Source of the DNA: Mustelus asterias
Taxonomy: Eukaryota
Reading direction: 5' to 3'
Length of the DNA stretch: 64,000 nt
NCBI RefSeq assembly: GCF_964213995.1
Contig: NC_135804.1
Span: 99,572,001 to 99,636,000, forward strand
Below, piece after piece: positions 24,998-38,149 of this stretch. The position numbers and the translations under genes were made by a program. Each line of letters opens with the position of its first letter. The stretch's first letter is position 1. The notes beneath the pieces are model-generated. The model ran no database searches, was not told the origin of the DNA, and saw only the letters and a program-made list of their open reading frames with translations.

Positions 24998-25555
24998 TTT
25001 ATTTTCTTAACTTGCACATTTGAGTCAGGGTAGGTATCATGCTGCCAGGATTCAAATGGACCAAGTAACTTTTAAAGTGATGGTTTCCACCATAAACTGC
25101 TCACTGCTTGAGAGGGGAATTAACACTAATCCGGACTGATGACCTTGTTCTAGTTAAGATTTGAGATTCATTCCACATGTTAAATGCTGTGAGTTCTCCC
25201 AAATTATCTCACGAGAGTAAAGGCAAGAATTCCTGTGAGAGCTTACAAACTCCTCTATATGGCCCCTTATAATAAAGGGACTGTGGGCTATGGAAGACAT
25301 TGGTCTTGCCTCAGACTGGAATTTGGTCTAAGTGTGGCAGAAATATAATATATCGTCTACTAACCCAGGGATGTCAGTGTCAAAAACTATGATCCTCCTA
25401 ATGAATCAAACAACATGTGGATGGCTGAGGATTTAACAACAGTCAATCTGTGTTTTCTCATTTGCTATGTTTTTAAAAATCCTTTTGTATTCCTTACGGA
25501 TAGTGTTTCATATACAGATGCATGAGTTAAATTTGTTTCTCTTTACTTGTCACAG

Positions 25556-25821
25556 GATTGGTCTTTGAAACAGAAATGCAAACAAAGAATAAACATTTAT
25601 CTGGATGACAAGATGTGCACCTTCCAGATCTGAAACTAATGGACAAGAACACAGCTGCAGGATGATTACTTGGCTTTGCATCTCTCCAATGGATTGACAG
25701 ATGTATTGACAGAGAAATAGTGTAACAAGATAAGAACCTCCCTCTACGTGACCTTTGGATTTATTGCAGTTATTGATTGTCACCAAGGGTTTTTGGAATT
25801 TATTTTGGTGAGACTCTGGTA
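25556..25821 (+). other. NLGN3: 5'UTR part of the first coding exon of NLGN3, with multiple upstream ATGs
   Basis: Strong acceptor tttgtttctctttacttgtcacag|G at 25555/25556; UTR status is inferred. Confidence 0.65.
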
Positions 25822-26314
25822 ATGTCATCGTGTACAATGTTTCTTTATACAAGATGGAGTTGTCCTATATCCTTTTTGCGACGCATAGCCACCATTTTCT
25901 TAAATGTAGACTGCAGTACTGCTCTCTGGATATTTAGTTTCGCTGTCAAGGTCATAGTGCTGGAGGGTCAGATCAACTACCCAACTGTGAATACACATTA
26001 TGGAAAACTACGGGGGATCCGAATTCCCTTGCCAAGTGACATACTTGGACCAGTGAATCAGTACCTGGGAGTTCCATATGCCAGTGCTCCCACTGGCGAG
26101 AAACGGTTCCAACCACCAGAACCCCCGCCCTCCTGGTCTGGAATACGTAATGTTACTCACTTCGCCCCTGTCTGCCCACAAAACATTCACGGTATGGTAC
26201 CGGAAATCATGTTACCGATCTGGTTCACGGCCAATTTGGATATAGTTGCAACATACATCCAGGATCAAAATGAAGACTGTTTGTATCTAAACATCTATGT
26301 CCCCACAGAGGATG
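25822..26314 (+). CDS. NLGN3: Neuroligin-3, first coding exon (signal peptide plus start of the cholinesterase-like domain)
   Basis: [34 protein letters not shown]...[23 protein letters not shown]...[31 protein letters not shown], with NLGN3-type residues; phase-1 donor GATG|GTGAGT. The start may alternatively be ATG 25837. Confidence 0.95.
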
Positions 26315-28435
26315 GTGAGTCAGTGGGGGACAAACCAATGCTTCTTTTGTCTGGTTCTTTGTTATTGTTTGTCTGTATGTTGCTCTTTAAGCATGAGGTG
26401 GTTCCCTATTTCCCATCTGCTGGCCCATCCCTTCCTGCATGCAGTTGTCATGTGGCTCATGTTGTGGCTTCTCCTTGCCTTGACCTTTTCATCTCTTACT
26501 GTCAATGGCACTGTTATGGTTCCTCTTTTGTTTCTTTGGCACAGTTTGACAACCAAAAGCTAATCATCACTGCAAATAATCTGAAGCCAGGTGCATTGAC
26601 CACAGGGTTAATTCTCAGTGTTTGGGGTTCACACTGCAATGTGTGAGGGGACAAGTGGGTTGAAAGGTTTGCAAAGGGTGATTGCAGAAATATTCTCTCA
26701 GGACATGTTTGGGTTGTGACTGAATGTCTGATGCAAGATCACTCTGAAATCCAGAGGATTAGACTGTTATTTGGTATTTATGGAAATTTTAATTCACTTC
26801 TTTGGGCTTATAATGTGAGGAGGGCATATTGTTCATTCACTAAGACCCCGAATCAATTTCCCAAGACTCAGTAAAGATTATCCATCAATCAATGTAGATT
26901 AACCAGGAGTCAGGATCAGCTATTTATAAATTGATGTGAATAACTCACAAACCAATGCAAATCATCCTAAAGCCAGTGTCAATTTGTCATACTCTACAAT
27001 ATAATCTAGCAATATCTGGTTTGATCTTGTTTATGTTTTGATCAAATGCTGTTAAAAATGTTGGATTTAAACACGTTTCCCTGAGGCCTCATGTCCTGGA
27101 GCTACTTTCGTAGGTCTCACTATGGTCTGGGACAAATCCCTGAAACGTGGTTGTGAGCATCAATGTGTAGGGAGGGATTTGGGCTAGTCACTTTTTATGC
27201 AGAGGCTTCACAATATACTAAGTTTAATTTATCTTGTTAACACCTTGACTCAGAAAATGAGTGACATTGGCACTGGGGGAAGAAAAGTGTACTAAGTTTT
27301 AAGTGCAATTCAGAACTGCTGTCATACACCTAAAGTCCATCTTAACTTTAGACTCAGAACACTTCCAATGCACCTGTGTGACATTTTTATTTCTCATACA
27401 GTTTGTGCTTAAGGCATGGAATTTTTTGGCTGTTCACATTGGCGGGATCTTCCAGTCCCGACGACAGTGCACCCAGCCGAGGGTTTCATGGCAGCACGGA
27501 GTGCATTCATCGGGAAACCCCATTGACAATGGTGGAACCAGAAGATCCAGCTGCTGGCCAATGGCTTCTGCTGCTGTGAAAAATATCACCCAGCGGTCTC
27601 TGAGTTAGTTTCTGATTTATTTATAAATTAATTTATAATTAATGTCTAAATTTGTGCTGTGGATGTTTTTCGACTGGGAGTCAAAATGTCCTCAGCAGGA
27701 TTCATTTCATATCCAAGGCAGTAATTGGGCTAGATTGATATTCAAGTTAATGAGGTGAGGTAATCAATCAGGTACCATTGGAAGCATTGTTTATTTCATA
27801 AACTACAAGCTGAGAACTTGGTCTCATATTGAAAACCAATGAAAAGTGGGCATAGTGCTTGCAACATGTACCCAAAAACAAAGTCATGAGATTTGCTGGA
27901 AAACAGCATCCTAATGTAGCTTGCTAGTCAGGGTCACTTTGAAATTGGCCAGATCAAGTAGATCCTGGGAGGGGAGGAGAACAGGAGAGGGGTGAATGCA
28001 GTCTGGTTGCGGCCCACCGTATTGTGTAGAGCCAGGAGAAACGCTCATGAAAGTAATTTTTAAGAAATTTAAAGTTCACCGGTCCTTGCTGATATGCTAA
28101 ATTTGGAATTGGGATCTGAAACAGACCCTAAGTTCCTGGTTAGTACGTTCCAGGGGCCTAATGCTGTTTTAGGTGGGTGCTTAATCAAGAGCCTTGCCAA
28201 ACTTTAAAGTCAGTGAAGATAAAATGTTGCTAAGTTGCATGGTGCAGTCAGTAAGGTGGGCACACTCTGTCTGACCCTAACTCCTCCAACACACCAATGT
28301 TGCTGGGTGAGGGGGATTAAACTTGGGCCGGAATCTTAGCTGAAGGCTTGGCCTTCACTGATAGAGCTTTTAAAATGAGGGTGCCGAAATCTTGGAGGGT
28401 TATAGGGCTGGAGGAGATTACAGAGATGAGGGGGC

Positions 28436-29478
28436 GGATGGTAACTAGTCGCATGCCGCAGGGATCGGTACTGGGGCCTCAACTATTTACCATTTATATA
28501 GACGATCTGGAGGAGGGGACTGAGTGTAGGGTAACAAAGTTTGCAGACGACACAAAGATAAGTGGAAAAGTGAATCGTGTGGAGGGAGTAGAAGGTCTGC
28601 AGAGAGATTTGGACAGGCTGAGTGAGTGGGCGAGGATCTGGCAGATGGAGTATAACGTTAACAAATGCGAGGTTATTCACTTTGGAAGAAATAATAACAA
28701 ATCGGATTATTATCTGAATGGAAAGAAATTACAACATGCTGCTGTGCAGAGGGACCTGAGGGTCCTTGTGCATGAGACGCAAAAACCCAGTCTGCAGGTG
28801 CAACAGGTGATCAAGAAGGCAAATGGGATGTTGGCCTATATCGCAAGGGGGATAGAATATAAAAGCAGAGATGTCTTGCTGCATCTGTACAGGGCATTGG
28901 TGAGGCCGCAGCTGGAATACTGTGTGCAGTATTGGTCCCCTTATTTGCGGAAGGATATATTGGCCTTGGAGGGAGTGCAGAGAAGGTTCACCAGGTTGAT
29001 ACCAGAGATGAGGGGTGTTGATTATGAGGAGAGACTGAGCAGATTGGGTTTGTATTCGTTGGAATTTAGAAGGCTGAGGGGGGATCTTATAGAGACCTAT
29101 AAGATAATGAAGGGGCTGGATAGGGTAGAGATGGAGAGATTCTTTCCACTTCGAAAGGAAACTAGAACTAGAGGGCACAGCCTCAAAATAAAGGGGGGTC
29201 AGTTTAGGACAGAGTTGAGGAGGAACTTCTTCTCTCAGAGGGTGGTGAATCTCTGGAATTCTCTGCCCACTCAAGTGGTGGAGGCTACCTCGTTGAATAT
29301 GTTTAAATCACGGATAGATGGATTCCTGATCGGTAAGGGAATTAGGGGTTATAGGGATCAGGCGGGTAAGTGGAACTGATCCACTTCAGATCAGCCATGA
29401 TCTTATTGAATGGCGGGGCAGGCTCGAGGGGCTAGATGGCCTACTCCTGCTCCTATTTCCTATGTTCTTATGTTCTTA
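28436..29478 (+). mobile_element. 5'-truncated CR1 LINE with open RT C-terminal half
   Basis: PQGSVLGP, FADD, LVRPQLEYC; tail (tatgttct)n. Confidence 0.92.
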
Positions 29479-29479
29479 G

Positions 29480-30310
29480 GAGCCAAGCCAAGAAGGAACT
29501 GGAAAACAAGGATGAGAATTTTAAAATTGAGACATTGGTCAATTGAGGGCCAGTGTAGCTAAGTGAACACGGTGTGGGGTGGTGGGAATGTGGATGAATG
29601 AGACTTGGTATGAGTTAGGAAATGGTCAGCAGAGTTTTGGATGATGTAAAATTTACAGAAGGTAGCCTACTTGTGACATTAATAAATAAACCAATGTGTG
29701 AGCCTGGCCAGGAGTACAAATTCAAGCCCGAACATAGCAAAAGTTTGGAGGAGGGTTTCAGCAGCAGAAGAGCTGAAGCAGGGAAAGAGTTGAGCAACTT
29801 ATAGAGGTAGAAGAAGGCAGTCTTAGTGATGATAAGTGAAAGCTTGTCTTCGAGGTGGTGGTGAGTGGGTGTAATTAGAAAACTCATCGAGTCATAGAAT
29901 CATAGATGTTTACAGCATGGAAACATGGAAATTGCTGTTATGTTTTCAGTTGACGCTGCCACGGGGCATCATATTGATGAAAAATTTTCAAATTGAAAGT
30001 GGTCGTGGATACATTCTGGGATGAGTATGGGGGGTGGGGTGCTGTAGGTACCAAGAATAAATGTGAGAAAGTTGGAAAAGAAACCATTTTCTGGCTAAAA
30101 TTAGATAGATGGGAATGGAACCAGGTAAGTGAATTCCTACCCAGCTGGGCAATCATTGAGAGGAGGATGGTGGGATCAACTGTGTCAGAGGTTGCAGACA
30201 GGGCAAGAGGTTCATGGAGGGATAGTTTGTCACCTTCACATAGGATGTAATTTGTAATATTAATAAGAATAACCTTGATACTGCAGCAGGGTGAAAACCT
30301 GATTAGAGAG
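29480..30310 (-). mobile_element. Old L2-like LINE remnant
   Basis: Degenerate L2-type sequence (ggtcagcagagttttggatga, gatcaactgtgtcagagg). Confidence 0.45.
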
Positions 30311-31064
30311 ATTCAGATGTGGAGTCAGTTTTCTCCAGCATAGAAGGAAGAAAATTTGCTAGGTTCCTGTTATTGATCACTACGTTGTGATCCCCACTGG
30401 AAAGTACTCATACAATTGATAGGAGCAGTAGCCACTGGATAGACTTGGCTGCTATTCAAGAGGAAGTTGCTGTGATGTGCCTTTTGTGAAAATAGCTGCC
30501 AACTCTAGGTTGATGCATAGAATGGTCCCATGGGTCAGGTTTTGGATGATGGCCAGGAACTGTACCTCAGCAAGTCATTGGAGACTTCAAGAGAAGCAAA
30601 AGAATACTCTAATCTGTACTCTGATCAGCTTGGGCTGATACCTGTGTAGTAGTTCATGGTGTAGAAAAGGATAAGTTAATTGGCAAGAATCCAAATTCAT
30701 ATTTTCAAAGAGTAACAACAATTTGCGTTCATAGGGTGCATTTAATGTAATATGATATCCAAAGGTGTCTCACAAGAGACATTCTAAAATAAAATATGAC
30801 ACTGAGCCTCATGAGGAGATTTTAGGGCAGGTGACCAAGTCATAAAAAAATGAACTGAATTAGAAAATGCAGAAACTTACATTACAGTGTATGAATGGAT
30901 ATGGATGAAATCTGTGGTAAAGAAAGTGACCTCACTGTATTTTATTTGGTGCACAGGATGTTAACATTTTGAAGTACTTGGACAGATTGTAGGGCAGAAT
31001 CTTGAGGTTGTATGGCTTGAATAATGTGTCTCACTTGGGTTAGGATTTTTTTACTTTTGGCAAG

Positions 31065-31371
31065 TGATGCGCGATTAATCCACTCGGGAGGCTAGGTCGT
31101 ACCCGGGAATAAAGGCTTTTATTCGCAGCAAGAATAGAGCATACTGCTTAACAATACAATCCCAGACTAAAGGGTCACTAGGAAGTGCAGTGACCTTTAT
31201 ACTCCTATAGGAAGGCGGAGCCAACCGGAGTGTACCACAGAACAATGCTAACAGGTGGAACACCCCAACCCTAACCCCAACAGTAACAAGAGTAACATAT
31301 GTACAAATACCCATAGTGATAACCATCTATGGTTCAGTACCCATAGTGGTAACCATCTATGGTTCACCACA
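31065..31371 (-). mobile_element. Solo LTR (307 bp)
   Basis: TG...CA ends and near-TSD gcaag/gcacg. Minus-strand TATAAA (~31196-31201) lies upstream of AATAAA (~31117-31122). Internal 30-bp tandem duplication at 31308-31366. Confidence 0.75.
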
Positions 31372-32227
31372 GCACGTTTGGAGCAGGTTTATGAGAATGT
31401 TCATCTCCTTCCCCACCCCTCTCTACACCAGGTGCCCGTAGAATAGGAGTGTGGGACTGAAGTGCAAATAAAACTCTAATAAAAGGTTTAGGATTCCTGG
31501 ACATCACTGTCCTCAGTAGGACGAGCAGCAGATAACACTGTTTAGGTGATGGTAATACTACTGGGATTCCACACAGACCAATACCATGCACCATCCGTGA
31601 CAGACAAACTGATGAAACTCAGCATATCACAACATGTAACCAGGACTGGAGGAAGAAGAACCTTACTGTTTTCATGTTACAATATCATGAAGGTATTTGT
31701 GAAGACTTTTTTGTTTGATATTACTGGTAAAATTGTAAATGCATCCTTTCAGATCAGAGTAAATCTTTACATGTGCCTCTGTTAAGGAACAGAAACCACA
31801 ATAGTTCTTCCCCAAGGACTGGGATAAGAAAAACCTGCGAACAATTGATCTAAAATAAAAACAAGAAATGTTGGAAATGCACAGCAGAGCCATGAGCATC
31901 TAAGAAAAGGGAAAGACAGGTTCACATTTCAAATAAGGCTCTTAATAGGAATTTCTGAGGGGACATGCAATGTTTATTCTTCAGTCGTAGAATCATTTGA
32001 AAAATGGGTCTTTTTTATGTGAGGCAGTTTCTGCCTGAATTCTAAAAGGTTATTGTATGGTCTGCCTCACCAAGAGGTGGAGGAGGGTACAGTGGAGCGG
32101 GGGTCATGATGCCCAGTTAAATATTCTGCACATTCTCAAATTGGAGTGGTACTGCATTGACAGCTCCAACAGCATCGACCAGCTGTGCCCTGGGAAGACT
32201 GAATATTTCTGCAAACAGGTCTCTCTC

Positions 32228-32262
32228 GTGTGTGTGTGTGGGTGTGTGGGTGTGTGTGTGTG
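32228..32262 (+). repeat. (GT)n tract upstream of exon A1; second tract at 32534-32547
   Basis: Seen directly. Confidence 0.9.
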
Positions 32263-32358
32263 TAGGTGGGGAGGGGGAGTGAGACGGTCGTGATTGCATG
32301 CTCCTACTGTGTCTGATGGAGCCTCATGTTATTTTGCAGTATTTTATTCATTTTACAG

Positions 32359-32418
32359 TAAAAAGAATATCGAAGGAATGCACAAGAAAACCCAACAAGA
32401 AAATATGTAGAAAAGGAG
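32359..32418 (+). CDS. NLGN3: NLGN3 alternative exon, splice site A insert A1 (60 nt)
   Basis: ttttacag|TA AAA AGA ATA TCG AAG GAA TGC ACA AGA AAA CCC AAC AAG AAA ATA TGT AGA AAA GGA G|gtaggt = (V)KRISKECTRKPNKKICRKG; phase 1/1, joins 26314 in frame. Confidence 0.95.
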
Positions 32419-33579
32419 GTAGGTAGAAACCTGGTATCACATGGGGAGCAGCGAGCATGTATTCTCAACGCAAGCAGCAACTTTCGTCATCAAACTGCAG
32501 TTAATCAAATGGAAACCGCAAGATACAGCCAATGTGTGTGTGTGTGTCTTTTGATTAGAGTTTGATGTATTTTACACTGTTTTCATGCACTTGATGTCAT
32601 ACATTTTGTTTATTATAGTAGTCCAACCAATAAGACCAATCCTATACCAGAGAATAGCTCATTGGACACAGAGAGGACCCCATACTGGGGAACAATCAAA
32701 ATCTCCAGAGAGAGAGAGATTCAAAGCGTTTCTAGATTGGTCAGTGTATTGATGTAGGTTTCCTTTCTGGATGGAGGTAAATACTCAATCTCTAAGTCTC
32801 TTGGTGCAAATACAATCAATAAACTGCCAAACATTCCGAATGAAATTGGACTTTGTTTCATCTATTTCTCACATGGAAAATAAAGGGTCTATTTTCATGG
32901 AGCTATATTCTGTGACACAAAGCTACCTGAGAAATATTGGATGAAATTTTAACTCACTCAAAACCCATTTATTTACAGAGTCAAATTCAGGCCCATTATC
33001 TCAGGCAATATGTTAATTAGGACTTAAAGTCTATTTAAGGACCTTGTCCTGAAATTGGTCAAAACTGGACTGACATTGCACCAACTCCCAGCAATGTCTC
33101 AGGTTCTACAATGGCTTAACCTGTGGTTCTTAAAGCGATCTGTGGAGGCTGCTGACGACAAGGTAAGTAAACCATTTTTCGATTTACCTTAATGAGGAGG
33201 AGAGCAGCTCTCCAGAAAAACTGCGGGCCACTAGTGGTCTTTGCTGCCCCCCTTCCATTTGCCCTACCCCACTCTTCCCACCAACCCTACCCTTCTCTGC
33301 ACAAGGATTTAACTCTCAGGATCACTGCCAGAGTCCGAGCTAGTTAGTCTTTATGCCCAACTGACCACTTGCAGAGTGAAAATCTGGCATCGCAAGGCCA
33401 CTCACTGAAGTATTAATTTTCAACAGTACTTAGGCCAATCATTTGGGTATGTGTTGCAGTAGTGTCACAGGTGATATCCAACATCTCAACCAGGAGGAGG
33501 AGAGAATGGTGTACACTCCATCAGGAAGGAGAGATTTGGAAATAATCTGCAAAACACTCAGTACCTGCACCAGGTACAG

Positions 33580-34750
33580 ACTCAGTATCACTCATCCTCA
33601 GGCATTGTATCCTTGTGCTTGAAAGCTGCTATCACCACCTCCTTGCTCAGAAAAGATCACCCTGACCTCTCTTCCAACAAACTGCTCCATATCAAATGCT
33701 GCTCGGTGCACACGTCTCTCTTTATTCCCATTTGAAATTCCTTTAGTCTGATTTATATCTCAATACCATGGTGGTCACACCTTTGCTGATTACAGCCATG
33801 ATGTGCTATTTCTTCCTGTCCTTCTTGATCCCTCTGCTGCATTCTATACAGTTCATCCTGCACTTCATTCTCTTCCTTTCTCCCAGTGTAGGAAATATAC
33901 CCCTGTGGGGGTTTCACTTAAACCCTCATTTAGTTATTCTAGCAGTGACACAAATTTCCATCCTACATTCACTCCTGTTCTTGGTCAATATGTTAAAATT
34001 TAGTAGTGTTATTTGCAGATGTGTAACCAGAATACATATTGATGACAATCTTTTAAACCTTTGCCCCATACCATTGACTCCTTGATCACATGAGCAACGC
34101 TTTGTTGTATAACTTATCCAACGTTATTGTGGATAACTCAGAATTGTCTCCAACATTATTAAGACTGAACCCATTCCTCATATTGTTGCCCCAATTCCCA
34201 TTCTCCTCAGTTATTCATGCAGGCTGATCCTGTCAGTGCATTGCCTCCATGGTTCATCCTACATTAACTCTAGATTAGGCAAAACCCTGCCACCTATATC
34301 CTGTCCTACCCAAAATACTGCTATGCAGTCTTATCTTTAAAAATCAACAGTGTTTCCCAGTTCCTTAATTCTGCATTTTCATCATCTTCCAGATCCCTTC
34401 ATAACCTCCCTCTATCTTACTTCTAAAACCAACTCCTACCATGCACCCTCTGCTCTTTAGTCTCTGCTCTTTTATTCACTGCATTCCCTGACCCGCCCCA
34501 CCCCAACATTGTACTTATCATCGCTGGTGGCAGATCCTTCAGGCATCAGTGCCTTCTCTGGCACTTCCTTACGAAACTGCTTTCTTAGTTATCTCTGTCC
34601 CCATTTACAAAGTGTAAAGATTCGACTGCACCTCTGGCCACCTACCTCAATTCTTCTCATCCGACTCCTCGGCATGTACTCTGACTTGATAAAAGTGCCT
34701 TGGACATTTACTATTTTAAAGGTGGTAGAGAAATGCAAATTTATATTGTA
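33580..34750 (+). mobile_element. Old L2-like LINE remnant
   Basis: Pyrimidine-rich degenerate RT-like sequence ending in an L2-type tail (gtgccttggacatttact...agaaatgcaaattt). Confidence 0.4.
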
Positions 34751-37700
34751 AAATATATACTGGGAAATATTGTAAATGCGTCAGAACAGAGATACAGGGT
34801 CTATCACACGCTGGGAAAGGCTTAATGCCCGCACCAGGAAAGAGATTAAAACATATCCAGAGGGAGATGGATTTTACATCTTTAATTTCAATTGCACAAC
34901 TGCTTGAACACACAATGTAGTTGAAAGATGTGTATCCTGTCATTTGTGGTTTTGTTGTGATATCTAAATTGTGAGAGAAGTGCTAAAAATGTTGTACAGA
35001 ACTTCTGAGTGGGTTAATGTTTATAAAATGAATTTCGCCTGAATATTTTGAACATCTGGTGCATCGTTCTAAAGTAATTTCAGGTGATTTAATGCCAGAA
35101 GAAAATCAGTTTGAAGGATGTGAAGTTTTCCGTAAACATCAGTGACAACTCATCTGACTCTCCTTTTGCAGCACGTTTTCAATTTATCCGACAGATTTGT
35201 CGTCCTGGTTGCAGTCTGCTGTTGTTGCTGAGTACTGAGCTGTTGAAGAAATGAGGGTGGGGCGTCTTGTCAGTATCCCAGTCTAAGTGCTGGGTTGCCA
35301 ATTTGTGACAGCAGTTTGCTCGCATAATGAAATTTTCACCTTGGTTGCGCTGCTAAGGTGAAGCGATTAACAGCAGGGAGGGCTTGCTGCAGGAAAAGAG
35401 AATGTATAACCTCCAGGATTGCTACAAAGAGCAGCCGCTACTGACTGGGCCATGATTAGGGTGGGCAGGTACTGTGGATAAACCTTAATGAGCATTGATC
35501 AGTATGTGGGAGTGGGACCTAAAAGAGTAGGACATAGCTATGTGTTAAATTAGTTCTGGTAGTGTTAAAGATTGGTATTCTTCCCTGAGGCTTGTACTGC
35601 CTTTACAGGAAAGCATATTTAGTGAAATTGTAGCATATGTTTTTAGAAACTCACTGGATATTTCCCTCATGTTCAGCACTGAAGATGATGAAGTCATCGG
35701 TCCCTGTGAAATGGAGTATAATATAAGCACAATCTCTGGCAATGTAGCAATGCACAAGGTCAAAAAAGAGAAAACCCTTTAATGGCAATTAGCTCATTAA
35801 ATTGAGCTCTTGTATTCTCCCAGCCTTTGGATCGTGGAAAAATAACTGTTAGAATATATGACTAAGGCTATAAAACTAACATTGGGCTTTTTAAAAGGAG
35901 AAAAGAAAAATCCTGCCACAAATTTCACTTGATTACAGATTTTTAACTTGTGTCAGCTTGACACAATTTACAATATACGTAACAGGTAAATCTTGTGCTC
36001 TCCCCCCCCATGGAAATGGTCGGGATCCTGCCCCCTTCTCACCTGTACCCCTATTAAGTTCATGGCAGGATTGTCTATAGATGGTCTCTCAACCCTGCCA
36101 CCAGCTGAGGCCATGACCACTTAAGGGCCTCATCCTGCTGCCTCTGATATTAAATCAGCAGTAGACGGGGGGGGGGCTCACCATGGCATGTTTGCTTGTG
36201 GGCTCCTGGAGCTGTGAGGTTGCTCATTGAAAGGCATTCAGTACCGGAATAGGGGATCTGGTATCAGGAAGGGTTTGGCTGCAGTGAGCCTCCCCCATCT
36301 TGTGTCCCCTTTCTCACCATTATTTAGCTGTACTTGGCTTCTTCCTCAATCCAAGCTTGTAGGTGAGTGCAGTACCAGCAGCAGCCAACTCCTCCTCAGT
36401 GGTACAGATGAGTTGCTGGTCTCTGATTGGTCAACAGCCCTCAGTGGGTGGGATTTCTATCCTCTGACATCCTTGATCCTGGCATTGACCTGCTGCTAAG
36501 CTGCTAAATGCTTAAATGGCACAAGACGCAGCAGGCCTTCCTGAAAAGTGACAACGTGCGGGTCTCATCGGCTCCCAAGCCGATGGCCAAGACCCCCATT
36601 GCCTCTGCAAGATTCTGCCCAATGTTGTATAACTTCTTTTGTAAGGCTGTGATAGGGAATCTGGAGCTCCTGGGCAATGTTCCAACGCAGTAGTCCGACT
36701 GCCATCACGTGGATTTACTGAAATCACTTTGATTTCATATAATTACCCGACTCACCTGGAGAGTAACTGCAGCTGGAATAGTCTCTCTGAGTTACATGCT
36801 CCTTCATACCTTAATGATGAATTGGCTAAGAGAGTGCTGTGTTCTAAAGTCACTTCTATGCTGTAAATCTACAGCCATTGGCATGTGCACAGTTCTCTCA
36901 CTGTTAGCTGTACTTAGAAATATAAACTGCTTGACTAACTTTGTTTGGATGGTAATGAGTCCCATATGTCTTATTAACTGCCATTGGCTTCCTTAGTTTC
37001 ACCTCTGCCTGATGTCTGACAGAATTATAGCAGGTGCAAATGTAAACAAGGAGAGAAGAATTAAGAGTACAGGAATTATGCTGCTGCTTCAAGACCATCG
37101 CACAGAATGTGAAAGAGACTTGCATGTTGCAGACGAAAATTCTTGCTCAGTTTGACCTTGTCCTCAGGGTTTGAAAGTAGAGCTGTGAAATGACAACCCT
37201 TCTGTCCTATTGTACTGACTCAATTACTGCCGAGATTGGCTGAACAGAAGCATTAATAATGGAGTGTTTAATATTAAAAATTTAAATTAAAAATGTTAAA
37301 TTTTGAGATTGTAATAATGTGATTTGCGACAGACCTCAGTGACAGAATATAATTTTGGAGACTTTGAAAAAATTACAGGCTAATGCTTCCTACGCAGCAT
37401 TGATTGTAATTGCTAATCAAGACATGTAGAAAAGGGAGGTTAGATCCATGGAAAAACAGTTTTTTCTGTTGTTTCCAAAAATACTTTCAAGGGAAAAGAA
37501 TTGTTTCTTAAAAGCAAAATTTAATTTTTCACTTGGGGGTGGCCATGTAAATGCCCAAGGAATGTTATGTTCCTATGTAGAGCTGGAATCATTGTAATGG
37601 AGAAACTACAAGATGTGGAAATATCAGTATGTCTCACAAAGGAAGTGAAACCTTGTTGAATTTTTATTACTTATTGCCCATCCTTAATTCCCTTGAGAGG

Positions 37701-38149
37701 GTGATTATGCCACCTTCTTGAACCATTGAAGTCCATGTTTGTAGGTGCACTCACAATGCTGTAAAAGAGGGAGTTCCAGGATTCTGGACCAGCAACAAGG
37801 AATGGCAATATATGTCAAAGTCAGGATGATTTGTTACTTGGCAGGTGGGAGTAGTTGCAGATAGGGAAGTTCCTATGCCATGATTATTGTATTATGGTGA
37901 AGCGAGGAGAAGATAGCCTCAAAATAAAAACTGTATGAAAATTCATCATGTAGTGAGCAAACTATTTCAGGATAAAGATCTAATGATACAGATTTTATGA
38001 TCTTGGCTTCATCAACAAGCATGATAAGACTTAGATTTAATAGAGAGACTGTGACTGATATTACATATGATGTAAGGAGACCCAAGCATGTGCATGAAAT
38101 TGAGAGTGAAGGACGCTATTGTGCGCTACATTTAAGCAACAAGAACCTT

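Noticed and set aside
26315-26646. ORF read-through past the NLGN3 donor, giving a hydrophobic C-terminus
   Set aside because: Neuroligin similarity ends exactly at a canonical GTGAGT donor that splices in frame to exon A1; the continuation is most simply intron sequence open by chance.
33120-33170. Strong donor AAG|GTAAGT as a possible NLGN3 A2 exon
   Set aside because: Upstream sequence does not translate to an A2-like acidic peptide, and the motif sits in a MITE-like repeat context (similar GAG|GTAAGT at ~53555).
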